The notes under the pieces: generated by a model
Seen by the model: only the letters and a program-made list of their open reading frames with translations
Told to the model about the DNA's origin: nothing
The model's database searches: none
Made by a program: the position numbers and the translations under genes
Shown: one piece after another, positions 53,440-64,000 of the stretch
How positions within the stretch are numbered: position 1 is the stretch's first letter
Layout of the letters: each line of letters opens with the position of its first letter
NCBI GenBank assembly: GCA_013239625.1
Contig: MU056000.1
Coordinates: forward strand, 8,285,214-8,349,213
DNA length: 64,000 nucleotides
Reading direction: 5' to 3'
DNA from: Lama guanicoe
Taxonomy: Eukaryota

Positions 53440-54860
53440 GGTGGAGAAGGCTGTGGACTCCACCGCCAGCTGCCCAGACCCAGCACCCTCACTAGACTTA
53501 GGGCAACTCACTTGCCCTCCCTAAGCCTCTGTAATTCGGGGGTGACAACAGTGTTGTGGTTAATTTACATGCAAAATGCTCCAGGGAGTACTGGTACACG
53601 GCAGATCTTACTGGGCTACTGCACATTATCACTGTCATCTGTTAAGACACTTTATCTTCAGCTCTGATCACCTTCTCATGGTTGAGCCGGTGCCACCACG
53701 TTCTCCCTGCTGAAGAAGGAGAACAGTCCCCCTGAGTCATCACCTCTTTCCCTCCTTCCCTTTAGTTAAAAAAATTACTTTTCCACTCTGGCACAATTAT
53801 TTCCTTAGTAAAACATTTTTCCCCAAAGATATTAATAACAGCCAACTATTACTCGTGAATTGCTTTCCCTGGATCAGGCACTGGGTCAGAGGCTTTACTG
53901 ACGTGGATAATCAAGCTTAATCACATGAGGTACACTTCATTACTATTTCCACTTTACAGATCAGGAGAATAAAGATTAGAACCATTAAAGAAAGAGCCCC
54001 TGATTCTAGAACTCATACCCTATATAACCACCGTGCTCCTCTTTCATTATAAAACCTCTTGAGATTGGGCTCAGATTTGGATGAAATCTACATATTCATT
54101 TGGGGAAGACTGACAGCGCTGAATGCTAAGTCTTCCTATCCAGTATTATGATTATTCTTTACCCAATAGTTTATTTATATTCTTCATTAAAATTTTATAC
54201 TGTTAATATAAGTAATCTTTACAGAGTATGGACCACCTTGTAGGCACTGTTTAAATGCTTTACAAATACTAACTAATTGCATTCTCACCATGACCCTATG
54301 GCGTTGGCGTTATCATTATTTCCATTTCGCAGATAGGGATCCAAGGCACTTGGATGGTTCTTCATATTAAATGACTTCATATCACAAAGCTGGTATTCGT
54401 ATCATGCTGTCTTGGCTCCAGAACTCATAATTCTGGTTACCAAGCTCTCAAATTTACCTCTCAGATCATGGATAAAGTATATTTCTACCTGTTGATATAC
54501 TGTTGATGCTTATGAGTGAAAACTGTTACTTTACTTTTATCTTGTTACTGCTAGTCTCCAGGAAAGCACTGGTTTGTGTATATATCTTGCTAACTTGTTG
54601 GAAAGTTATATTTCAGTCATTTAATATTTGCCTACCTTGGTTTATTTAGGGAGGTCATTAAAATAAAGCTGGGTTTTGTTTCTCAACATTCAGCTTGTAT
54701 CATTTTATATTCCTTTTAAAAATTGTTTTGCTTAGCGTTTCCCCCAAAATTTTAAATAGATTTTGCATTAGACATCTTTTTCTTATATTCCACTTCAGCA
54801 GTAATGCCTCTAATTTTTTACTTGTAAAAGAACTTCTACCTTTTTTTTTTAAGATGGGTG
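53440..54860. mobile_element. Cluster of three MIR fragments (about 53440-53640 +, 53840-54040 -, 54215-54440 -) and an old minus-strand L1 remnant (about 54050-54860)
   Basis: MIR cores 'cacttgccctccctaagcctctgta', 'tttccactttacagatcaggag', 'tttccatttcgcagataggg'; L1-like 'gggaagactgacagcgctgaatgctaagtcttcctatcca'. Confidence 0.6.
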
Positions 54861-56834
54861 CTGTCTAACCTATTAAAAACGATGGACACTGAGAGTCGTA
54901 CATTCAGTCAGTTAGTGACTATCATTTCCTGTATCTTTCATTATTAAAGGGTACCAAGGCAGAATAGGGCTGTGCATCCTGCAGAACAGGGCTGTACATT
55001 CAATTGAGAAGAAAGCTACATATCACCCAGGAGAACTCTGCTTTCCACAATATCGATAGGTAGCAAGTGGTATTTGCAAATAAAGAGGGGAGGTGAGAGG
55101 AGAAATTTAGTACTCCGATTCACATCATGATTAATCCTTTCAAGTTTACTTAAAATCGTTCTATAATAGATCATATTAATAGGTAACTTTAAAGGAAAAC
55201 ATTGATTATTCAGCTCAAGGTTATGTATTTTGGGTTGAGAGAAATCACAATCCAATTGGCAGAAAGCTTTGCCTGCATCGAATCATAGTTTTCATTCAGG
55301 GCGTAGGAATCACACTGGATCGATCCACACACACGAGCAGCAGCCCTAAGTAGCTCTCGTCTATTTCGTGTGTGGTTACCCAGGAAGTACACACCACACA
55401 CACTTCTGGTTTCAGTAACTAAAATGGCTGCTAATGGGGCTCCAAGTTTGCCAAGTTCCTCGTGTTTTTTTTTTTCTTTCAATGACAACGCATTCATTTC
55501 ATTTTTAATTTGGAAGGCACCAAGTTGACGATCTTTGACTGACTCACGTAACAAAATTGTAAAGGTTGTACCTGCAGCAGGTTACTCTTCGACTCTTTGA
55601 TTCTTTGGTTAAAAATTAAGCATTTTAGCCTTAAAGTAGCTCTGAATAATTTCATTCCAAGCCTTTTTCAGGATTTTGGAATTTAGATACAGTTACGCAC
55701 ACTGTGAACACCTGTAAATCAGCATGACACTATGGACTGAAGTCAAAGAAGACAGACACATCAAGCGAGACGAATCTGGACCTTTTAAATCTTTATTTAC
55801 ATATGCTTTTTTCAGTTTTAATTCATGCACACCTTATGCAGAAATATAGCCAATAAGTGGCTTTAGGTCTCTGCTCGTCCCATAATTCTGTTTGCAATGT
55901 CATCCTTTGCAGTGGGCTTACAAAACTCTCAATTAGGTCAGAGCAGTGAGGGTCTTGAGAGATCTTCCGTTGAAGCTTGCTCTATAAAATCTCTTTCTCG
56001 GACCATCCCTACATCTCTGCCTCTGTGCTTTCTGCTGGGCACTGCCAGAGAGGAATGATGTACTAACGTGGGCTAGAGCCACTGCTCACCCCATTTTGGT
56101 CCTCAGAGTATGGGCTGAAGATTCTCTGCGTCCTGGATTTTCTGTCCCAATCACCGCAGAGGTTATTCCAAACCTACAAAATGCTGTCACTGCCAATGAA
56201 CCCACCAGCTCTCCATCTCAACACATAACGTTGGCTCCCACTGACCCATGAACAACAGAAACCTAGAGATAGGAGAGCCTTCAGCCTCTCTGCTCCTACA
56301 CAGATAAGCTTTAAAGCTGAAACCTCCCCCATAAGATCAACAATTGATGTCTTTGACTTTAGCTGCAGAAGCTCAATAAGAGTGACAAAAAAAAGTGAAC
56401 GATAAAATCGCACATCCAAACAATCCTGAGATGCACGCTTTTCACATTTTAACGTCTCTGAATCAGAATACACCTCATAGCCAGTAGCTGCTAACCATCA
56501 CTTTCGGCCAGATGGTGGCCACGGCACAGTTCTCCAGTCCTGCACATGTGGGAACTTGGCCTTGCTGTGTTTCACTCAAAAAACTCTTGAAGGACTTTGA
56601 GGAAGAATTATCAGTTCTAACTATTACTGAAAACTTATGGCTGACATATTCTGGTGAGATCAAGAAAACCAAAACTTGCAGAATATGTCACAACATCTAG
56701 AAAGACAATCACAGGGGCAACTGTGAAAGACTCCTTAAAAACGTTCTGTATTCTTGCCCCTTTTAATGTCACTGAGGATGGCAGTGCATGGAAAACTAAG
56801 ATGCTGATGACAGAGCATCAAAAGTGAATCAAAA

Positions 56835-57459
56835 CCTTTTGGCTGGAAATGCCATCTTCCAGAAAATCTCCAAAATGATCAACACAAAGGGAAAAAGGAG
56901 AGGTACCCACTATCTGTTCCCTAGGCCTTTGAGAAAACATGGAATTGTTCCTTTGGCGATCTTCAAGCAAGCTGATACTGCAGACATCAAGAGAATGGGC
57001 ATTGTTCAGAAAGTAATGCCCCCCCAATGTTACCATGGCAACACTGGAGGAGTCTACATTGGTACCCAGTATGCTGTTGGCACTGTTGTAAACAAACAAA
57101 GGTAAGATTCTTGCCAAGAGAATTAATGTGAGTACTGAGCACATTAAGCACTCTAAGAGCTGAGATAGTTTCCTGAAACATGTGAAGGAAAATGATCAGA
57201 AAAAGAAGTAAGACAAAGGTACTTGGGTTCAACTGAAGCACGAGTCTGCTCCACCCAGAGAAGCCCACTTCATGAGAACCAACGGAAGGAGCCTGAGCTG
57301 TTGGAAGCCATTCCCTAAGAATTCATGGCGTGATAGGTACAAAGAAAATAAAGGACCTGGACCGTACAAATGTTTCTCCTCGTTGACTGGAAATGTGATG
57401 TCCCCGCCCTCAAAGAAACATTTAAAACAAATTTTAATTGTGTCCTTAAGGAAAAAAAA
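56835..57459 (+). pseudogene. RPL21: Processed pseudogene of 60S ribosomal protein L21 (eL21); decayed CDS 56875-57333
   Basis: Intronless [90 protein letters not shown]; 5' TOP-like CCTTTT start, AATAAA at 57347, deletions, a frameshift near 57098 and premature stops. Confidence 0.97.
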
Positions 57460-57654
57460 TGACTTACAAGAGAAAGACTATGGAAAAGTTTTGGGACTAC
57501 TCAACCAACTTATTGAACTTGTATTTTTGTTTTTAAGAATGTACAATAATTAATAACCAAAAAAAACTACCTCTGGATGAATCTAAAAGTGCTTTTCCAA
57601 TAGGAATAAACAAAATTTTAAGTTACAAAAAAGCTTTATGTCCTAGTTTGCATC

Positions 57655-57781
57655 CTAATTTTCTTTCTCTTTCTCTCTTCCTTCCCTCCCTCCTCCTCCC
57701 CTCCCCCTTTCCCTTCCTTTACTCTGCTGTTTCTTTCTCCTTCCTTCTTTTCCCTCCTCATCCCCTTTTCCTTTCTCTCTT
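57655..57781. repeat. CT-rich low-complexity polypyrimidine tract
   Basis: Read directly from the sequence. Confidence 0.85.
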
Positions 57782-60752
57782 AGTAGTATATAAGATAATG
57801 GTGCATCTTAACTTTAAAGTGTCTCACATGTTAGGAAATTTGGCAAAAATTTAAATAATGCTAGAGATCTGACAATTAGTCACGCAATTAGTGACAATGA
57901 ATTTAAAGACTGATAATACAAAAAGCAGTTTTCTGATTAATACATGTTTTTACAAGTACATTTTAAATGGCACACTCACCAAAATGTATTTGAAAGTATT
58001 TTTGATAACCCTATTGAACATAAAATTCAAGCATTCATGAATGTGATGCTTTACATTTTAAATGCCATAAATACCTACGTTGCTTTTTATCAGCTCCGCG
58101 ACTTTTGCCACACAGGTGTTTACAACATTTAAAGTAGATGACAATCTTCTTCTCAAAATCATCATCCCAGAGAATGTGGTTTAATTTTATTTTTAAGTCC
58201 AATTTTTCTTTTTCACAGAATTACTGCATTCAGCTTTTTATTTGCCAGTTAACATGACAAACGTATTCTAAATGTCTACATCCACAAGTTAGAGTAAACG
58301 TTCTTTTCAAGTTTTATGAAGAAGGTGAAACTGGTGTTATGTCTTTTTCATCAAATGAGAACAACACATATTTCCTGAAAACATCCTATATGTGTATGTG
58401 TGAGTGTTCATAGTGACACACGTCTTCACTGCATGCGCTTCGCTCAACAAACCTTCCAGATAACAAAGAATATAATCACTGCAAGCAGAGGTCAAGAGCA
58501 AGAGCAAAAAGAAGAAAGAAAGAAGCAGGCTTTAAGCAGAGCCCGGCCGAACATCAGGCGCTTCGCAGCAGCTCGAGGATGGCGGTGCACTCGGGTCCGT
58601 CTGCTGTCCTAGCGTGGATCAGAGGGAGTCAAGTCAAATTACCCACAACCAACAAATAAACGGCACCCATTACTGCAAAGCTCTTGCTTCCTGTCTCCCG
58701 ATGCTCTTCTGAACTGCTGTGTTCTGGGGGAAACTCACTAAACCGAAAAAAACCTGACATCCCTCATCTTTGTCAAGGCCCTAAAAACATTACGGTCAAC
58801 GTCTTGAAGCCACTCAAGCCCTCTGGCTCTGCGCACTCGGCTCTCCGCAAATGGCGGCTGCTTGCTGATGGGAGCAAGTGACAAATGAGTGCATTAAAAA
58901 TTTACACGGCGCTGTATGAATACATTTCCTGGCAATTAGCATTATTGGCTGTTAAAATGTGTTTTGGCAAGAGGTACGGAACTTAAAATTTTCTAAATTG
59001 TGTAAGTTCTGCATAATAAAACCAAGTCATGGTTTCATTTAAATTACAGAGAATAAGTGAAAAGAATTTAGAGAGTAAATATTAGCATTAAATGGTGAGC
59101 CTAACTAGACAGCATCGAAGAATCATTTCACATTTTCATAAAAGTTTAAAAAACTCATTTTGGTAGATTGTGCACAATTGGTAGGCCATTTCTTTGCAAA
59201 CATTCTTAATATAGTACACGCTCTTAGGATGGCTCATTAATTCCTGCAGAAGAATACGCTTAGAAGTGGAACCTAGAGATCCAGGCGGAATTCTTGCATA
59301 AAGCTAGCGCATTACAGCATCCCAGTCTTTGCAGGTCCACTAAGGCAAGAGCACCAGCCCGCAAGCGGCCCTACAGCTACAGCCGGAACAGGGAACATGG
59401 GAATGAGGCCTCGTGATGCCTGGCGGCGGACTCTCTCTGCACAGGTGCAACGGACCCTCTAAAATATCAAGCTTAGGACATGTGACGGCCAAACGCAGCT
59501 GTGATCGAGGCCATCACTTCCTGAATTGAACGTGATGTTTTCGTGCTTTTTTATCCTTCTCTCTCTCGGATGTTTGTTTCTTCTCACTGTCATCCTGAAA
59601 TAGCGGCTGCCTGACTCCATCAGTTTGACTCTGTGCTGCCGTTTTCACTCTCATCCTAGGGTTCAGTCTCACTAGAATCGAACTAAATTGTTCAGTTCCG
59701 TAAGTGCATCGTATTCTGTTTTCTTTGGGAGCTTTTTCACATGTCCCTCTCTTGCCAGAAACACTGCTCTTGCAGATATTAGCTTGAGTCACATGTAATT
59801 GCCATTTCTGTAGGTCAAAAATAGTGGAATCTCAGCAATACTGTAAGGTTGTAAGGTTTACTCTAATATTCTTCCTTCAAGTCTCAATTTAATCATCCTT
59901 CCCTCCAGGGCATTTCCCTAGTCTTCTTCTTTAAACCTTATAGAGCTTTAGGTACATGTCTAAATTTTTGTAATTCCTTATTCAGTTGTTTGGCTGGAAC
60001 GTTAACTGTGCGATTCTTGAAGTCATAAGCCATATTTTATGGGACATCATTGTTATCCTTAATGCCTAGGAATGTTTTATCGAGTGCAGTAGGTAATACT
60101 TTCGTTTTTATAAAATAAATGTTGAGGATTAAATGCTATTAAGAGCTTCATTCAGTGAACAAGATCATTCAAAGTAAAAATAGCCTTGAAGATCAAGCCA
60201 GTATCTTCTTAGATTCTAAAACACTCAGCCCCCAAAGTCTGGTTCAATCATTTCTTCTTGAATGAACAGCTGTATTATCTGCCTTTGGCAGTTACATTTC
60301 TGTTTGCTGAGATATCACTGACACAAATAACTGTGAGGAACAATAATCTCTGGGAGCTGCTACAGGAACACACACACCTATATCCAGCATAATTCCCAGA
60401 AAAAACATCTGAAATGGGCTTGGAGGACTGGTAGTATTTAAATGGAAGAAAATAAATTGGAAAGAATGTTAAAAGTCAGAAAAGAGGGAGTTCAGAGGCA
60501 TTTTTTCTCATTCCTTTGTTTTTTCCAGGTCAGACTGGATTTCTAAAAGTAGTTATTCATCTTTTTGAAATGGAGATAATTTTGCCTAAAGTGAAATGCA
60601 CAGATCTTAAGTTACTAAATACACACAACCAGGTAATTCACACTTGAGTCAAGAGACAGGACATTTCCATCACATCTAAAAGTAGCCTCAGGCCCCTTTT
60701 ACTCATGCCTCAATCACTGTCTGATATCTGTCACCACAGACAAGTTTTGCTT

Positions 60753-60896
60753 CTTCTTCTTTTTTTTTTTAATGATCAGTTTATTTCCTCAAGGTTTTTA
60801 ATTAATTAATTTTTTTTTTAAATGGAGGTACTGGGGATTGAACCAGGACCTCATGCATGCTAAGCATGTGCTTTACCACTGAGCTACACCCTCCCC
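60753..60896 (-). mobile_element. tRNA-derived SINE, camelid Vic-1-like, second copy, with TSD
   Basis: Minus strand GGGGAGGGTGTAGCTCAGTGGTAAAGC...GGTTCAATCCCCAGTACCTCC; TSD acaagttttgctt (60740-60752) and actagttttgctt (60897-60909). Confidence 0.92.
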
Positions 60897-61451
60897 ACTA
60901 GTTTTGCTTGTTCTTGAATTTTATATAAATGGAATCATAAATAAGTTGTATTCTGGCTTTTTACCAAGCAAAATGATTTCTGGAGATTCACCCATGTTGT
61001 ATGTTTCAGCAACATATATAGATATTTTTATTGATGAGTGATATTCCAATCTATGGTTCTAGCACTATGTGCTTATCATTACAGTCATTTTGTTGTCTTC
61101 AGCTTGGGGCTATTATTATAAAGCTACTACGACAATCTGGTACAAATCTCTTTTTAGATATAAGTTCCCGTTTCTTTTGGATAAATTTCTAGAAGTAGAA
61201 TTTCTGGGTCATGTGGTAGATATATGGTTAAGTGTATAACAAACTACCAAAATTTTCTCTAAAATGGTAATACCACCTTATTCTCCCACTAGTAATATAT
61301 GAAAAGTCCAGTTGCTGCATTAACCGTGTTATAAGGGAATGTTTTTGCAATCTAGACGTAGGGAAGAATATTTTAGAGAGAATAGAAAAGCTCTAAATAT
61401 AAATTTTTTGAAACTCAATTTACATTTAATTAAATTTTAAAAATCTGCATG

Positions 61452-61914
61452 CAGGAAACCTTGAAGACACTGTAAGTTCTGTCCAGACCACTTCAGTAAA
61501 GCAAACATCACAACAAAGTGAGTCATATAAATTTGGTTTCCCAGTGCTTATAAAAGTTACGTTTACACTATACTGTAGTGCGTTGAGTGTGAATAGCATT
61601 ATGTCTAAAAACTGTACATTTCATAATTAAAAATACTTTATTGATAAAAATGCTAACCATCATCTGAATCTTCAGTGAGTCATAATCTTCTTGCAAGGGC
61701 AACAGATCACCATAAAAAATATAATGATGAAAAAGTTTGAAATAGCACAAAAATTACCAAAATGTGACACAAAGACAGGAAGGGCATAGATGCTGTTGGA
61801 AAAGTAGCACCAACAGACTTGCTTCAGGCAGGGTTGCCACAAACTTCAATTTGTAAAAAACGCAGTCTCTGCGAAGCACAATAAAAAGAAGTGCAATAAA
61901 ACAAGTTGTGTCCG
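61452..61914 (+). mobile_element. Internally deleted Tigger1-derived DNA transposon, both ends retained
   Basis: 5' end 'ccagaccac...aaagtgagtcat...ggtttcccagtgc.tataaaagtta' joined to 3' end 'gcagggttgccacaaacttcaatttgtaaaaaacgcagtctctgcgaagcacaataaa', followed by TA. Confidence 0.88.
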
Positions 61915-62212
61915 TAAACTTTTTCAAAACATTTTCAAAATATCTGTGACTTTATTATATTTCAAGCGCATCTCTTGTAGACATCATATTTGAGTCTGTT
62001 TCTACACAATATTATAATTTCTACCCTTAAAATGGAATGTTTAGTCCATTTATATTTACTGTAATTTTTAATAAAGGTTGGATTTAATCTACTGTACTTC
62101 TCTATTTGTTAATGGTTCATCATGGGTTATGTTGTTCCCTGTAAAGTACGTTAACTTTTTCTCTAACAGATAGCTGAATTACAAGTGGAACACCTTGAGC
62201 CTTTCAGTATGG

Positions 62213-63007
62213 TGTAACAGGAAATATAAACTTGTTTTTCATCTCAGGTTCTTGGCACAGAGCTCCCAAATAAAACCCTTGGAGTTTCCTGAGTAATAAG
62301 GTGATAGGTGTGCCTTTTTTTCTAATGAGGGAATCCTTGGCCAGCTCCTAGATAGCTTCAGGATGGGGACTGATTGTCAGAGAGACCAAGACTTGATTAG
62401 AAGCTTGGAATTTTAGCCCCAGCCCCCAACCTTGGGGTGGGGGAGGGGGACAGGTATGGAGAGGTGCTGGAGATTGAGTTAATAAGCAACAGTAGCCATT
62501 GATTTACTCAATCATACCTCTGTAATAAAATCCCCATAAACACCCTCAAACCCCCAAATATCGGGGTTCAGAGAGCTCCTGGGTTGGTGAACTCACTGGT
62601 GGCGGGAGGGTGGGGCACCCAGAGAGGAAACTCTGTACCGCTCCCCCCAAGATGTACCTTGTCCTGTGCATCTTTTCCCTTTGGCTGTTCCTGAGCTGTA
62701 TCCTCCACAATAAATGAGTAACAGTACATGAAGTGTTTTCCTGATTTCTGTGATTTGTTCTAGCAAATTATTAAACCCCAGGAAAGCGTTATAGAAACCC
62801 TCAGTTTACAGCTGGTTGGCCAGAAGCACAGGTGGCCCCTGGGACTTGTAACGGGCATCTGAACCGAGGACAGTCTTGCAGGACTGGGGCCTTAACTGTG
62901 AGATCCATGCTAACTCTGGGGACCTAGCGTTAGAATTGAGTTGTTGAACACCCAGCTAGTACCCCGAGAATCAGAAAACTGGTTTGCTGGGGTTAGAAAA
63001 CATCACA
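62213..63007 (+). mobile_element. MER21-type solo LTR
   Basis: TG...CA ends; 'ttcttggcacagagctccc...ggggttcagagagctcctgggttggtgaac...tttggctgttcctgagctgtatcc...gttagaattgagttg'. Confidence 0.85.
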
Positions 63008-63245
63008 GCATCGGAACTGGTTTTTCGCCTTAATGGAGTCAGTGTATTCTGTTTTTCTTCTTAGTACCAGGACATCACTTTGACTCTCAGTGATGGTTCT
63101 TGCAAAATGTGGCTTTTCTGGGGGCTCAGTTGAACGTCCGCTGTGCTCAGCGAGGCTGTTTCATTCTGACTGGACCAGAACTCCAGCACCACTCAGCGCC
63201 ACACGGCCTCTGGCACCTCCGTTCAGCTCTTTCTTCCACAGAAGC

Positions 63246-63800
63246 TGTTCTACCCGAAGCCTCTGGGAGTCTCACCTCGGACATGGGCACTCAGCCCTTG
63301 GCCAGGGACCGAGTATGAACGAAAACTACTGCAAAGCATCTCAATAAACAAAGAATGCTGAAGCCATCAAGTCATCAGCCGCTGCCGCCACCCCCCAGTG
63401 AAGACAAGCCTGCAGGCCGGCCTCTGCAGCCACTCGCAATGGTGCACCCTGAGGGGACTCAGAATAAGAAAGGACAGGACACTGGCCCTAGATGGCTAGG
63501 TGCTTGTCAAAGGAATGAATTCAATGAGCCCAAATATTGGCTCCCTCCCATACACAGAAAGGCACTAAATTCTATAACTTGAGACGCCTGGTTTTCTTTA
63601 GTTAACAAGTAAGCTTTTAATGTTTCAGCTACCTGGTCTTTGTTGTAAAGCTCCTGTATATCCTAGCTCCTCCCCTACCTCTTCGGAGCAGTCCCTCAGA
63701 GCCATCTGAGAGGCCGTCATCCCGGGCTGAGGCCTCAGAATTGTCCATCGAATAAAACATAACCCTCAACTTTTAGGTTGTGCGTTTATTTCAGCCGACA
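63246..63800 (+). mobile_element. ERV-type solo LTR, about 555 bp
   Basis: TG...CA ends; TATA-like 'cctgtatatcc', AATAAA near 63751, 3' end 'caacttttaggttgtgcgtttatttcagccgaca'; approximate TSD gaagc/ggagc. Confidence 0.8.
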
Positions 63801-64000
63801 GGAGCGACCATCCTACGCAACTCTCACACTTTCCTCTTCTCTGCTACCCTGCTGTTCAAATCCCAGTGTTTTCAGCAGCATCAAACTCTGGTGCCTGCTC
63901 CTTCGCTCACGAAGCTCCACTTTCTCTCCTTGTGTCAGTGATGGGAAGCCACCCCGTGGCTAAAAGCTGGGACAGAGGTGAGACACCTCACATGCTTCTT

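Larger units (their letters stand above)
60560..62140 (-). mobile_element. Old LINE-1 (L1M/L1ME-type) 3' portion hosting nested SINE and Tigger insertions
   Basis: 'aaagtgaaatgcacagatcttaag', 'gaattttatataaatggaatcata', 'ggagattcacccatgttg', 'tagaagtagaatttctgggtcat'. Confidence 0.8.

Noticed and set aside
55210..55554. 114-aa minus-strand ORF
   Set aside because: Crosses a mononucleotide run; no recognisable homology
56818..57268. Minus-strand ORFs of 108 and 93 aa
   Set aside because: Antisense of the RPL21 pseudogene
1..64000. Prokaryotic-type systems (CRISPR arrays, operons, defence islands) or a novel multi-gene system
   Set aside because: The sequence is mammalian repeat-rich non-coding DNA, with no regularly spaced repeat-spacer array and no long ORFs

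Overview
Mammalian nuclear DNA, most likely camelid (camel/llama/alpaca). This is inferred from two copies of a short tRNA-derived SINE resembling Vic-1 and several young L1 3' ends. The window is AT-rich, non-coding sequence (a large intron or intergenic region). It is filled with layered transposable elements: old L1M/L2/MIR, MLT1, MER20/MER5A/MER2/Tigger1-type DNA transposons, MER21/MER39-type and ERV1-type solo LTRs, and young 5'-truncated L1s with visible target-site duplications (TSDs). The only recognisable host-gene sequence is a full-length, dead RPL21 processed pseudogene at about 56.8-57.5 kb. I could not identify a real coding exon or host gene; the ORF track is essentially noise or repeat-derived. 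I found no evidence of a novel multi-gene system. The best leads are candidate regulatory elements (a CTCF motif, a C/EBP-AP-1-CCAAT cluster), CpG-rich patches inside ancient repeats, a tail-less young L1 fragment and a few candidate small exons. Repeat family names come from my recall of consensus sequences, not from a database search, and boundaries of old repeats are approximate.
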